64,000 nucleotides of DNA from Chthoniobacterales bacterium. Lineage in GTDB: Bacteria; Verrucomicrobiota; Verrucomicrobiia; Chthoniobacterales; UBA6821. Below are positions 8,785 through 18,822 of this stretch, piece after piece. The notes below the pieces were generated by a model that had not been told where the DNA came from, searched no databases, and saw nothing but the letters and a program-made list of their open reading frames with translations. The translations under genes were made by a program, and so were the position numbers. The stretch is taken from NCBI GenBank assembly GCA_019747895.1, contig JAIEQF010000013.1, forward strand, positions 67,104 to 131,103. The letters run 5' to 3'. Within the stretch, counting starts at the first letter, position 1. Each line of letters starts with the position of its first letter.

Positions 8785-10329
8785 ATGTCTGATTCTTCTC
8801 GAGTTTCCTTTTTTAAAAAAAAATCTGCACTTCCTGTTTTTGCACTACTCATCATTGCGGTAACTCTTTTCCGCTTTTGGTATGCCACGCAGCTTGAGTT
8901 GATCGGCGATGAGGCATATTACTGGTATTGCTCGCGGCATCTCGACTGGAGTTTTTTTGATAAGGGTCCTGGTGCTGCGGTGACGATTTTTTTTGGAACG
9001 CATCTTTTTGGAGACACCGTCTTTGGGGTTCGCTTTTTTGCCGTGCTGCTTTCGGCAGCCACTGGTATAGGCCTCTTTTTTCTTGCACGCATGCTTTTTT
9101 CACAACGTGTTGCTTGTTGGACCTTGCTTGTGGCGCTCTTCATGCCGCTCTACGCGGTGGGGAGCATTCTCATGACGATTGATCCGCTCAGTATTTTCTT
9201 TTGGACGATGGCGGCCATTACTTTTTGGAAAGCAACAAAAAGTGATGGAGTTTTATTTTGGATTATCACTGGAGCTTTTGTCGGTCTTGGAATGTTGGCC
9301 AAATATACAAACTTAGTTGAGTTGCTCTGCTTTGCTCTTTTTTGCCTTTGGAGTTCAGCGCAGCGACGTCAATTCAAACGGCCTCATTTCTACGTGATGT
9401 TAGTCACAGTGCTCTGTTTTTCTTTTCCTATGATCATTTGGAATTATGAACATCACGGCATTGGAATTGTTCATCTTCTTCACCGAGGTGATCTCGATCA
9501 CGCCTGGAGTATCAAACCCGTTGAGATCCTCACATTTCTTGGGGCGCAAGCCGGGGTCATTTCACCATTCTTTTTTCTTGGGGTCATGATTTCGGTTTTT
9601 TGGCCTCAATATGATACGCTTCATGCAGAGGCGACGCGTTATTTGCGTTCTCTTTTTATTCCTCTGTTTGTTTTTTATTCCTGCCTCAGTTTGAATAAAG
9701 CTGCGGAGCCGAATTGGACTGCTCCTTGCTATGTTGCAGGAATGGTCTTGCTTGCTGGTAATTGGCAGGCACTCGCGCGCCGTTGGCCATGGGCAAAGAA
9801 ATGGGTTGTGACTGCATTTGTGGTTGCTGCACTTGAGACCGTCCTGTTGCACAATACTTTTTGGCTGCATCTTCCTTTGCCTCAGTCTTGGAGCCAGAGT
9901 AAAAATCCGATCGTTCAAAAAATCAGTGAGGCCTATCGCAATCTTGGAGTTGTTGATCCTCTTGATCGAACGAGAGGAGCAACTTCCATTGCGCAACATG
10001 CTTTTGAGCTTTCTCAAAAATATGGAACCTCATTTTTTATTTCCGACAATTATCAAACAGCGAGTCTTCTAAGCTTTTATCTGCCAGGCCACCCCGATAC
10101 GTACGAGGCTGATTGGGGGCGGATCAAAGATCAGTTTTCGATTTGGCCTGGATATCACAAGTGTTATCCCATTGGAAGCAATGCTATCCTTGTGTACGAA
10201 TGGAGGTATCCACCAAAAGAAATGTGGTACGATTTTGCTCGGATGCCGCTTATTGACGAAAGCTATTCAACAATAGGAAAGAGACCACTCAAAAAGTATT
10301 ACTACTCTCTTTGCGAGAAATTACAGTGA
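8785..10329 (+). CDS. ArnT/PMT-like GT39 (GT-C) membrane glycosyltransferase
   Basis: DEAYYW, FDKGPG, MTIDP, LAKYT, IIWN motifs; many TM segments. Confidence 0.88.
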   Translation: MSDSSRVSFFKKKSALPVFALLIIAVTLFRFWYATQLELIGDEAYYWYCSRHLDWSFFDKGPGAAVTIFFGTHLFGDTVFGVRFFAVLLSAATGIGLFFLARMLFSQRVACWTLLVALFMPLYAVGSILMTIDPLSIFFWTMAAITFWKATKSDGVLFWIITGAFVGLGMLAKYTNLVELLCFALFCLWSSAQRRQFKRPHFYVMLVTVLCFSFPMIIWNYEHHGIGIVHLLHRGDLDHAWSIKPVEILTFLGAQAGVISPFFFLGVMISVFWPQYDTLHAEATRYLRSLFIPLFVFYSCLSLNKAAEPNWTAPCYVAGMVLLAGNWQALARRWPWAKKWVVTAFVVAALETVLLHNTFWLHLPLPQSWSQSKNPIVQKISEAYRNLGVVDPLDRTRGATSIAQHAFELSQKYGTSFFISDNYQTASLLSFYLPGHPDTYEADWGRIKDQFSIWPGYHKCYPIGSNAILVYEWRYPPKEMWYDFARMPLIDESYSTIGKRPLKKYYYSLCEKLQ

Positions 10330-11349
10330 GTAATTCCAAGGCCACCAAGAAGATTTTTTTGGAGGAGCTTGTGTAGGGTTTGAATAAATGCTCTTGACCA
10401 CAGTTCCCCAGCTGTTCGCAACGTAATTATCAACACCATATTGGTCCCAGATTGCTGTGCTGAAGCTGTTTTGAGCGGCAAAGCTAATCCACGTATTAAG
10501 ACTGCCATCGTTTGGCGAGGTGGTGGGATCTGTCGGATCAACACCGGCACTGATGCGTGCTGGAGTGAATCCATGTTGTTGAGCGAGCCATGTGTTCCAC
10601 GATGTCATGAATCCTTCATTTTGGCTAAGAGGGCAGTAGTCCCAGTAGGTCATCACATAGACGCGATCGATGGCGCACCAATTTTGACTCGTAACAGCAG
10701 TAGCCAAGAATGATGTGTTGCAGGCGTGCCAAGGCCCACTAGCATCACATCCACCAAAGACGCAGCAGCTGGTTGCTAGATCAGGAGCAAGATCTTTAAA
10801 TTTTCCTGCCATAGTCCCAGCAAAAGAGGCAGGAGTTGTGTCATCCATTTCATAGTCGAAGTCGGCTCCGTCAGCTCCTGTTGTGCGGCAGAGGTCGACA
10901 AGGGCTTGGGCAAAAGAATCAACATTGTCTGCATTCAGAACGTTCCAAGAATTTCCAAAAGTTGTTCCAGCTTGTCCTCCGATAGAGAGTTTAACGCTGC
11001 AGCCAGCAGCCTTGCACTGCTGAACAAAATCAGTGAGTGCTGCCACATCGGGAAAGGCGCCTGTGCCTGCTGGCTTGCCTGGTGTGTCGAGGGAGTAACC
11101 ATTGATTGTTGCCGCTCCGTTGACAACAGCAAGCTGTCCAACAAAAACATTGATTGTATTCACTCCCTGCGGAAGCGCACTGATATAAGCTGCGGTGTCC
11201 AAGTTGCCGGTCCAGTCTTCTACCCAGGTGCTATTCTCATATCCAAGGCCGGCTTGAAAGGGGTTCAATAAGTTTTCATGGCGAGCATAAGTTGTGGCCA
11301 GTCCGAGTATGAAGACGGCAATGAACAGAAGGCTTAAGTTTTTTTTCAT
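10321..11349 (-). CDS. Secreted GH18 chitinase-like glycoside hydrolase
   Basis: Signal peptide; VKLSIGG and DGADFDYE (DxDxE) catalytic motif. Confidence 0.82.
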   Translation of the reverse strand: MKKNLSLLFIAVFILGLATTYARHENLLNPFQAGLGYENSTWVEDWTGNLDTAAYISALPQGVNTINVFVGQLAVVNGAATINGYSLDTPGKPAGTGAFPDVAALTDFVQQCKAAGCSVKLSIGGQAGTTFGNSWNVLNADNVDSFAQALVDLCRTTGADGADFDYEMDDTTPASFAGTMAGKFKDLAPDLATSCCVFGGCDASGPWHACNTSFLATAVTSQNWCAIDRVYVMTYWDYCPLSQNEGFMTSWNTWLAQQHGFTPARISAGVDPTDPTTSPNDGSLNTWISFAAQNSFSTAIWDQYGVDNYVANSWGTVVKSIYSNPTQAPPKKSSWWPWNYSL

Positions 11350-11464
11350 AGAAACAAAGGTTGGTTTTTGATCTATAAAGTGACAATAAAAAGCTAGCTG
11401 ACGTCAATAAAAAAGAGGGGAGAGGTTTTTGACGATCTTGAAATCGATGGTGCATTCCGATCGC

Positions 11465-11734
11465 ATGGCTACTATGACTTGTCAAACAACATTTGCTTTT
11501 GACCAGGGCATTATCCGTCGCTTAAAAAGTCTTGCCACACGTTGGCATGTTTCTCAAGCAGAAGTGATCCGCCGTGCTCTATCTCAAGTAGAGGGGAATG
11601 TCTTAGCTTTGCAGCCGGATCCTATCAAGATGTTAGCTTCTTTGCATCAGTCAGGTCATGGACTTTCTCGTGAGCTAGCTGATGCTTATGTTGAAGAAGT
11701 TTATCAAGGTAGAAAAGAGTGGAGAGGAGAATAA
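11465..11734 (+). CDS. Ribbon-helix-helix (CopG/VapB-like) antitoxin
   Basis: TTFAFD...LKSLATRWHVSQAEVIRRAL; its stop overlaps the ATG of the PIN gene (TAATG). Confidence 0.75.
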   Translation: MATMTCQTTFAFDQGIIRRLKSLATRWHVSQAEVIRRALSQVEGNVLALQPDPIKMLASLHQSGHGLSRELADAYVEEVYQGRKEWRGE

Positions 11735-12174
11735 TGATTTGCCTCGATACTAACTACTTGATCCGTGGCCTTATTTTAGGATCTTCGGAAGCAAAAGCAT
11801 TAATTGCATGGTACTGTGCGGGAGAAAAACTCATAACATCTTCTGTTGCGTAGTATGGGTTTTTATGCGGTCCGGTTTCACAGGAACAGATACAAGCGAT
11901 GATGCTTTTTCTGACGGGAGGAATTATTCCTTTTCGAGAAATTCATGCTCAAGAGTCTGCGCGTCTTTTTAATCGAGCCAATCGTTTTCGTCGGTTACGT
12001 GTAGATGAGATGATTGCTGCGACCGCTATTGTAGAGCAGGCAGAGCTTGTGACAGCAAATCACGACGATTTTCAAATTTTTACTCCGCTTGGATTGAAGC
12101 TCACACTGCTTCTGCAGTCGCATGGGCAGAGGCCCAAGCCCATTGAAAATTATAACCACCGAGCCAGCCAGTGA
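11734..12174 (+). pseudogene. PIN-domain (VapC-like) toxin interrupted by TAG
   Basis: MICLDTNYLI... reads to TAG at 11851-11853, then continues in frame (YGFLCGP...DEMIAATA...LVTANHDDF). Confidence 0.85.
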
Positions 12175-13297
12175 CATCGACAACTTCGCCAATGAAGTAG
12201 AGTCCTCGGACCTTTCGTGATTCCATCGTTTTGGAAGAAAGTTCGGAAGTCGAGATGCCGCCACGCGTGACTTCGGCTTTCGGGTAACCTTCCGTTCCAG
12301 CAAAACAAAAAGGCCAATGGTGCAGGAGCTGTAGAAAATTTGAAAACTCTTGATCGCTGCATTGATAAGCAGATTTTGAAAAATGATGTCGATCACACCA
12401 AGCTTCTGCAAAACGTCGAGGAAGATAGCGGCTTAAAATGTTAGGTAGCAAAGCCTGGCTCTTTCGATCGCGAAGCAGCTCTGCAGCGGCTGCAGTGTCA
12501 GGCAGCAAATCAAAAATCAACTCCTCTCCTTGTTTCCAAGTGGAAGAAATTTGCAAGATAGCGGGACCGCTCACACCGCGATGAGTGAAGAGAAGAGCTT
12601 CCTCAAATTTGGTGTCGCGATACTCAACCGTCACTGGCAATGAGACGCCAGCGAGGTTGCTGCAGAAATCACGATCTTTCGAAACGAAAGTTAGTGGTAC
12701 TAGCGCTGGGCTTAGTGTGGTGACGCTGATGCCAAATTGCTTGGCAATGCGATAACCAAAATCAGTGGCTCCTAATTTTTCAAAAGAGAGTCCTCCTGTG
12801 GCAATGACCAGAGAGTCAGCTGTGAAGGGGCCTCGGGAGGTGGTGAGATGAAATTTTTCATTCTTGCTGACCTCTTGAACACGACACGATGTCATGATCG
12901 TAACACCTGCGTCATGACACTCGCGTAGCAGCATGTCGATGATCTCACGAGAACTGCTATCGCAAAATTGCTGTCCTAACTTTTTCTCATGATAGGCGAT
13001 TCGATGTTTTTCAACGAGAGCGATGAAATCCCACGGAGAATAACGTGCTAGGGCTGACTTACAAAAATTGGGATTCTCCGAAAGGTAATTTTCAGCGCTG
13101 GCATGAATGTTAGTGAAGTTGCAGCGACCGCCACCGGAGATTCCAATTTTTTTTCCAACACGATCATTGTGTTCTAGCAAAAGAACAGAGCGTCCTCGCT
13201 GAGCAGCCTGGAAAGCGCAAAAGAGCCCTGCAGCTCCTGCGCCGATGATGACGACGTCATATTGTTGTTGAGGTGAGGAAGAGAAAGAAGAATTCAT
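12101..13297 (-). CDS. NAD(P)/FAD-dependent oxidoreductase, HI0933/YhiN (BaiN) family
   Basis: GAGAAG, GKKIGISGGGRCNFTN, ATGGLS, LFTHRGVSGP, GWLGGYNFQWAWASA. Confidence 0.93.
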   Translation of the reverse strand: MNSSFSSSPQQQYDVVIIGAGAAGLFCAFQAAQRGRSVLLLEHNDRVGKKIGISGGGRCNFTNIHASAENYLSENPNFCKSALARYSPWDFIALVEKHRIAYHEKKLGQQFCDSSSREIIDMLLRECHDAGVTIMTSCRVQEVSKNEKFHLTTSRGPFTADSLVIATGGLSFEKLGATDFGYRIAKQFGISVTTLSPALVPLTFVSKDRDFCSNLAGVSLPVTVEYRDTKFEEALLFTHRGVSGPAILQISSTWKQGEELIFDLLPDTAAAAELLRDRKSQALLPNILSRYLPRRFAEAWCDRHHFSKSAYQCSDQEFSNFLQLLHHWPFCFAGTEGYPKAEVTRGGISTSELSSKTMESRKVRGLYFIGEVVDVTGWLGGYNFQWAWASAHATAEAV

Positions 13298-13368
13298 AAA
13301 AGAACGACTTTTTATCTTCCACGTTATAAACCGTGACGGCAAGCCATTCATGGAGTATGTTAGATTCT

Positions 13369-14940
13369 ATGGAAAAACGTACGTTCGAGGCGCTCGGCCT
13401 CTCTCCCGAGATGATGAAGGCTGTGGCTCAACTTGGCTTTGAGGAAGCCTCGCCGATTCAAACAGCGGCTATTCCACTTTTATTAAGTGGTGCTGATGTT
13501 GTTGGGCAATCTCAAACCGGTTCTGGAAAAACAGCAGCTTATGCTATTCCAGCTATTGAAAAAATAGATCCGACGAGCAAAGCAGTTCAAGTCTTGGTTC
13601 TCTGCCCAACGCGCGAGCTAGCAACACAAGTTGCGGATGAAGTTTATAAGCTGACAGCTTTCAAACGAAATATTCATTGTGTTCCGATTTATGGCGGCGC
13701 TTCCTACGAGCGTCAGCTTTTTGAATTAAAAAAAGGAGTTCAAATTGTCATTGGAACGCCAGGTCGTGTCATGGATCACTTAGAGCGTGGCACATTGAAG
13801 TTGGATCAGATTAAGGTTGTTGTTTTGGATGAAGCGGATCGCATGCTCGACATGGGATTCCGTGATGATATTCAAGTCATTCTTGAAAAGACACCTGAAG
13901 ATCGACAGACAGTTTTCTTTTCGGCAACGCTTTCCAAGCCGATTCGCGATTTGATTAATCGTTTTTCACATGAACCACAGACCGTCAAGATCGAGCAGAA
14001 GGAATTGACTGTTCCAACGGTTGAACAATGGTTTTATGAAGTTCCTGGACGCATGAAGACTGAAGCGTTTATTCGACTTATCGATTTTCATGGCTACAAA
14101 CTTGGGATCATTTTTTGTAATACGCAACGGATGGTTGATGAACTGGCTGATGCACTCTTGGCGCAGGGATTTTCAACCGATCGTCTTCATGGCGGCATTC
14201 CGCAAGCTCAGCGGACCCGCGTGATGAATAAATTTAAAAACTCTGAATTTGAATTTCTTGTGGCAACCGATGTGGCAGGACGAGGGATTGATGTTGAGTC
14301 TTTAGAGCTCGTGGTCAATTACGATCTTCCATACGATCCCGAGGATTACGTGCATCGCATTGGACGCACAGGACGAGCTGGAAAAAAAGGAGTAGCCATG
14401 ACCTTTGTCACGGGTCGTGATATTTATAAACTTCAATTTATTGAACGCTACACCAAAACAAAAATTCGTCGTGGGATACTTCCGACAGTCGGAGAGGTTG
14501 AAGGAAAACGTGCAGAACAACTTTACGCAAAACTCCAGAAACAACTTCAACAAAACTCGTTCAAAAAACATGAGATCATCATGGATCGTTTGTTAGAAGA
14601 GGGATATTCTTCGACTGATATTGGATCTGCTCTCTTTTCAATGCTATTGGGAAATGCTCCTGAAGCCCCTAAAAAAGTCGCTGTAGAGCCTTCTCGCGAG
14701 CGCGAGTCGCAAGATTTTTCTTTTGCGCAAGCTAAGGGAGGTCGAGGTGGGCATCGTAATGACCGCCGAGAAGCTCCTCGTGGAGGTCAAGGTTTTAAAA
14801 GTGGTCCTCCTCGCCGTGATCGGGGCGAACAACGCAGCGGACCTCCAAGGCGCAATAGCGACTACCGAGCTGATGCACCAAGAAGTGGTTCTTTTAAAAA
14901 AGGGCCCGTGCGCAAATATTCGAAGGCAGAAAGAAATTAA
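13369..14940 (+). CDS. deaD: DEAD-box RNA helicase (DeaD/CshA-like)
   Basis: Q motif, GSGKT, PTRELA, DEAD, SAT, HRIGRTGR; RG-rich tail. Confidence 0.92.
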   Translation: MEKRTFEALGLSPEMMKAVAQLGFEEASPIQTAAIPLLLSGADVVGQSQTGSGKTAAYAIPAIEKIDPTSKAVQVLVLCPTRELATQVADEVYKLTAFKRNIHCVPIYGGASYERQLFELKKGVQIVIGTPGRVMDHLERGTLKLDQIKVVVLDEADRMLDMGFRDDIQVILEKTPEDRQTVFFSATLSKPIRDLINRFSHEPQTVKIEQKELTVPTVEQWFYEVPGRMKTEAFIRLIDFHGYKLGIIFCNTQRMVDELADALLAQGFSTDRLHGGIPQAQRTRVMNKFKNSEFEFLVATDVAGRGIDVESLELVVNYDLPYDPEDYVHRIGRTGRAGKKGVAMTFVTGRDIYKLQFIERYTKTKIRRGILPTVGEVEGKRAEQLYAKLQKQLQQNSFKKHEIIMDRLLEEGYSSTDIGSALFSMLLGNAPEAPKKVAVEPSRERESQDFSFAQAKGGRGGHRNDRREAPRGGQGFKSGPPRRDRGEQRSGPPRRNSDYRADAPRSGSFKKGPVRKYSKAERN

Positions 14941-14968
14941 CCGCAAAGAACGCAAAGAGCGCAAAGAA
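14936..14968 (+). repeat. 9-mer REP-like repeat beginning at the deaD stop codon
   Basis: attaaccgcaaagaacgcaaagagcgcaaagaa. Confidence 0.85.
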
Positions 14969-14975
14969 GATAGAG

Positions 14976-16715
14976 ATGAATTTTTTTCTTTGTTTTGGTT
15001 TGCTTGTAAGTTTTCTGCTAGCGACGGTGCGCGCTGACGTGACGATGCCAGCGATCTTTGGGGATCACATGGTGTTGCAACAAGGAACCTCTCTCCCTAT
15101 TTGGGGTGAAGCTGATCCGGGAGAGCGTGTGACGGTGAAATTTGTGGGACAGCAAGTGACAACCACTGCAAGAAAAGATCGGCAATGGCGAGTAAACTTG
15201 CAGCCAGTTTACTTACGGAGTTCTCCTGATATCTTGATGGTTGATGGAAAAAACCACCTCGAGTTTTCGGATGTGCTTGTTGGAGATGTCTGGCTTTGTT
15301 CCGGGCAATCCAACATGGCTTTTCCTTTGCGTGACGCCGATGGAGGAGAAGAAGCGATCATTCATGCCGAAGATCATCAATTGCGTTTTTTTGTTGTTAC
15401 TGAAAAGCGAGCGTTTCAACCGCAACGACAAGTTGAAGGAAGGTGGGAGCGCTCCTCGCCAGAGGTTGCGGCAGGCTTTTCTGCAGTCAGTTATTTTTTT
15501 GGACGTGATCTTCGTATGGCGACTGGTATGCCGGTCGGACTGATTGGAAGCTATTGCGGAGGCAGTTCAGCGCAAGCGTGGATGAGTTTTTCTGCGCTTC
15601 AGCAGGCCCCTTCTTTCAGTCACTATCTTGCGCAGTATCATCAAATCGCACGTGATTTTCCAAAAAATAGTGAAGTTTATTCTCAGCGAAAAGCTGATTA
15701 TCAACAAGAGCTAGCCGCTTGGGAAGAAATGGTCGGAGTCCCGTATCAAAAGGAATTGGAAGCATGGACGCTCAAGTGCAAAGAGGCATGTTCAAAACTA
15801 TGGGCGCAGCCATTAAAACCAGATCCGCTTTCACAAAAACCAACACCCCCTTTCCCGCCAGACGGTGGTGTGACTTCACCGACATTGCTTTTCAATGCGA
15901 TGATTGCTCCGTTGATTCCATATGCCATTACAGGTGTGATTTGGTATCAAGGAGAGTCTAATGAAAATAGAGAGTCTCCGCATTCTTGGATGACTCAATT
16001 TCCAAGTAGTGGCATTGATAATACCGTTTTTTCAGTTGTTGAATACCGACGTCTTTTTCAACGGTTGATTCGTTCGTGGCGCGCGGCCTGGGGCGAAGGA
16101 CCATTCCCTTTTTATTTTGTGAGTTTAGCCGGATTCCGTAAGTCAACGCTCGATCCTGTCGAAATGTTGATAAATGATGAAGGGGACTTGAATCCTGGTT
16201 GGGCCTGGTTGCGGGAAGGTCAAGCGGTCGCGCTCTCGCTGCCTGAGACGGGGATGGCAGAAGCTGTAGATATTGGTAATCCTAATGATATTCATCCCAA
16301 GGATAAGCTTGATGTGGGACGTCGTTTGGCATTGCTAGCACGCAAAAATCTTTACGGCCAGCAAGTGGTAGCAAGTGGTCCAACTTATCGTTCCATGAAG
16401 CAAGAAGGGAAGACTCTTCGGCTTACGTTTGACAATGTTGGCAAAGGCCTGACCGTTGCAGCCCCGCCTTCGCGATATGATGGTACCATCGTTATGCTGT
16501 GCTCTCTCCAAGGTTTTGCCATTGCAGGAGACGATCGTCATTGGTACGACGCCATTGCTCTTATTGACGGAAGCGATGTTATCGTCTCGAGCGAGTTTGT
16601 TTCAAAACCGACCGCTGTTCGCTACAATTGGAAAGATAACCCAACGGGTAACCTCTACAATAAAGACGGCTTGCCGGCGGCACCTTTTAGAACGGATTTG
16701 GATCAACCAAAATAG
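14976..16715 (+). CDS. Sialate O-acetylesterase family (SASA) protein
   Basis: FGDHMVLQ, GDVWLCSGQSNM, IWYQGESN, DIHPKDK, LPAAPFRTD. Confidence 0.9.
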   Translation: MNFFLCFGLLVSFLLATVRADVTMPAIFGDHMVLQQGTSLPIWGEADPGERVTVKFVGQQVTTTARKDRQWRVNLQPVYLRSSPDILMVDGKNHLEFSDVLVGDVWLCSGQSNMAFPLRDADGGEEAIIHAEDHQLRFFVVTEKRAFQPQRQVEGRWERSSPEVAAGFSAVSYFFGRDLRMATGMPVGLIGSYCGGSSAQAWMSFSALQQAPSFSHYLAQYHQIARDFPKNSEVYSQRKADYQQELAAWEEMVGVPYQKELEAWTLKCKEACSKLWAQPLKPDPLSQKPTPPFPPDGGVTSPTLLFNAMIAPLIPYAITGVIWYQGESNENRESPHSWMTQFPSSGIDNTVFSVVEYRRLFQRLIRSWRAAWGEGPFPFYFVSLAGFRKSTLDPVEMLINDEGDLNPGWAWLREGQAVALSLPETGMAEAVDIGNPNDIHPKDKLDVGRRLALLARKNLYGQQVVASGPTYRSMKQEGKTLRLTFDNVGKGLTVAAPPSRYDGTIVMLCSLQGFAIAGDDRHWYDAIALIDGSDVIVSSEFVSKPTAVRYNWKDNPTGNLYNKDGLPAAPFRTDLDQPK

Positions 16716-16870
16716 CAGGTTACAGCCTTACAGGTTACAGGTTGTCAGCAAATGCGATTGATGAAAATATTTCTAAAAAATGAAACCAAAGAAAAAGTAA
16801 CAAAAGAAAAAATAAATTTCATAAAAATTTTCTTCAGCCTGTAACCTGTACGCTATAACCTGTATACCTG
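16716..16870. repeat. Inverted pair of heptamer arrays (16716-16744 and 16835-16870); the second ends 4 nt before the ffh ATG
   Basis: caggttacagccttacaggttacaggttg / cagcctgtaacctgtacgctataacctgtatacctg. Confidence 0.8.
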
Positions 16871-16874
16871 CCCT

Positions 16875-18368
16875 ATGTTTTCCCGTCTTTCCGATCAACT
16901 TCAACAAACTTTTAAAAATCTCCGAGGCCAAGGACGTATCACCGAGGCCAATATTTCTGAAGCGCTCCGCGAAGTCCGCCTTGCCTTGCTTGACGCCGAT
17001 GTTCATTTTCAAGTTGCCAAGGATTTTATTGCGAGAGTCAAAGAAAAAGCCTTAGGAGAGACGGTTCTAAAAAGCGTTGCTCCAGGGCAGCAGATCATCA
17101 AAATTTTTCAAGATGAGTTAACGCAATTACTCGGCGGAGATGCCGCTCCTCTTAATTTAAACAAGCCAGCGCGCATTTTAATGGTCGGACTGAATGGTGC
17201 AGGAAAAACAACTTCTTCTGCCAAGTTAGCAAAATGGTTAAAAGCACAAGGGCAACATCCGATGCTCGTAGCGCTTGATTTGGTCAGGCCAGCAGCTATT
17301 GAGCAGCTTGTGACGTTAGGAAAACAAATCGAGGTTCCTGTTTTTGCGCCAGTAGACTTCTTCCGAAACTCTACTTCTGACGCGAATTGCGGCGTCGCTC
17401 CGGTGCTCGCGTCATCGAGTATTAATTATACACTCAGCCGCTGTGCGCCGGAGGCTCCTGGCACTTCGTCGCCAGAAGCGAGTTTTGAAAAAAGTCTAGT
17501 GCCTGGTTCTACTAATGTTTTAGCGGTGGCTCGTGAAGCTCTTGCTTGGTGTGAGCAGCAACATGGCAATGTGACTATTTTTGATACAGCGGGACGTCGA
17601 GAAATTGATGAGGCGCTTGTGAATGAATTGAGTCAATTAAAAGAGTTGTTCCAACCACAGGAGATTTTATTGGTTTGTGACGGAGCTACCGGACAACAGG
17701 CAGTGAGTGTCGCGGAACGATTTCACGCAGCACTCGGGCTAACGGGGCTCATTCTTACTAAATTAGATGGTGATGCTCGTGGTGGCGCTGCTCTTTCTTT
17801 GCGTTCAGTGACTGGGAGGCCGATTAAATTTGTGGGTGTCGGAGAGAAGCTTGATCAATGGGATCTGTTTCATCCTGATCGCCTCGCGGGACGTATTCTT
17901 GGAATGGGAGATATTGTTAGTTTTGTCGAAAAAGCAGCAGAGGCTGTTGAGATGGATGAGATGATGCAATTGGAGAAAAAATTAAAAACATCTTCCTTGG
18001 ATCTGAATGATTTTTTAGCTCAGTTGAAAATGATTCGACGGATGGGGCCCTTAGAAAATCTTGTTGGGATGTTGCCTGGGGGAGCGAAACTTCCTCCCAA
18101 TGTCACGAATGGAAAAGAACTCACCAGGATAGAAGCCATCATTTTTTCAATGACTCTCGAGGAACGAAAACGCCCGGAGATCCTTAATGCACGCCGTCGC
18201 CATCGGATTGCGCAGGGGAGTGGTACCACGGTAACGGAAGTCAATAGCCTCCTTCTTCGCTTTCAGCAACTCAAGAAGATGACAAAAAACATGGGGAATA
18301 TGAAAAAAATGCTGGCCCAATTCGGGAAAAGCGGATTAAATATGCCCAACCGTTCTTGGAGAGCATAA
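16875..18368 (+). CDS. ffh: Signal recognition particle protein Ffh with a 48-aa PE1 insert in the GTPase domain
   Basis: GLNGAGKTT, DTAGR, TKLDGDARGG, RILGMGD and M-domain motifs. Confidence 0.96.
   Translation: MFSRLSDQLQQTFKNLRGQGRITEANISEALREVRLALLDADVHFQVAKDFIARVKEKALGETVLKSVAPGQQIIKIFQDELTQLLGGDAAPLNLNKPARILMVGLNGAGKTTSSAKLAKWLKAQGQHPMLVALDLVRPAAIEQLVTLGKQIEVPVFAPVDFFRNSTSDANCGVAPVLASSSINYTLSRCAPEAPGTSSPEASFEKSLVPGSTNVLAVAREALAWCEQQHGNVTIFDTAGRREIDEALVNELSQLKELFQPQEILLVCDGATGQQAVSVAERFHAALGLTGLILTKLDGDARGGAALSLRSVTGRPIKFVGVGEKLDQWDLFHPDRLAGRILGMGDIVSFVEKAAEAVEMDEMMQLEKKLKTSSLDLNDFLAQLKMIRRMGPLENLVGMLPGGAKLPPNVTNGKELTRIEAIIFSMTLEERKRPEILNARRRHRIAQGSGTTVTEVNSLLLRFQQLKKMTKNMGNMKKMLAQFGKSGLNMPNRSWRA
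17353..17498. mobile_element. PE1 copy C (146 bp), in frame in ffh
   Basis: Ends tagacttcttccgaaactc / gagttttgaaaaaagtcta, TA at both ends; deleting 144 bp restores VPVFAPV-VPGSTNVLAVAREAL. Confidence 0.95.
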
Positions 18369-18500
18369 GACTTGTTTGTCGTTTTTCAGAGTCTAGAAAA
18401 TTTTTCTAGTTTCTAAAAACGGCCACTGTTCTTAAAAGATGTAAAAAATGCTTGAACGGTCAGGCGTAAGCCGGCATCAACATTTACCCAATCGATTACC

Positions 18501-18761
18501 ATGGCAGTAGCAATTAGACTTCGTCGCGAAGGAGCACGCAATCATCCTTTTTATCGCGTCACTGTAGCAGACCAACGCAGCCCGCGTGACGGCAAATTTA
18601 TTGAACTAATAGGACATTATGATCCTAAGAAAAAAGGCGATAATTTTACTATCGATTTAGAGCGCGCTGAATATTGGTTGAGCGTCGGTGCACGTCCTTC
18701 GCAAACCGTTAAGAGTTTCATTACTAAAACACGGAAGCAGCAACAGTCCGTTGCCGCTTAG
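18501..18761 (+). CDS. rpsP: 30S ribosomal protein S16
   Basis: MAVAIRLRREG...PFYRVTVADQRSPRDGKFIE; follows ffh. Confidence 0.97.
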   Translation: MAVAIRLRREGARNHPFYRVTVADQRSPRDGKFIELIGHYDPKKKGDNFTIDLERAEYWLSVGARPSQTVKSFITKTRKQQQSVAA

Positions 18762-18822
18762 TTCGTATCCGTATTTTAGCAGGGACAAGATTGAGCCGTC
18801 ATTTGGCAGCAAATTAGTTTTT

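Noticed and set aside
11851-11853. TAG as sense codon (pyrrolysine or recoding)
   Set aside because: TAG ends many normal genes here (e.g. sufB, mutL-adjacent ORFs, the esterase), and the toxin shows further decay next to it.
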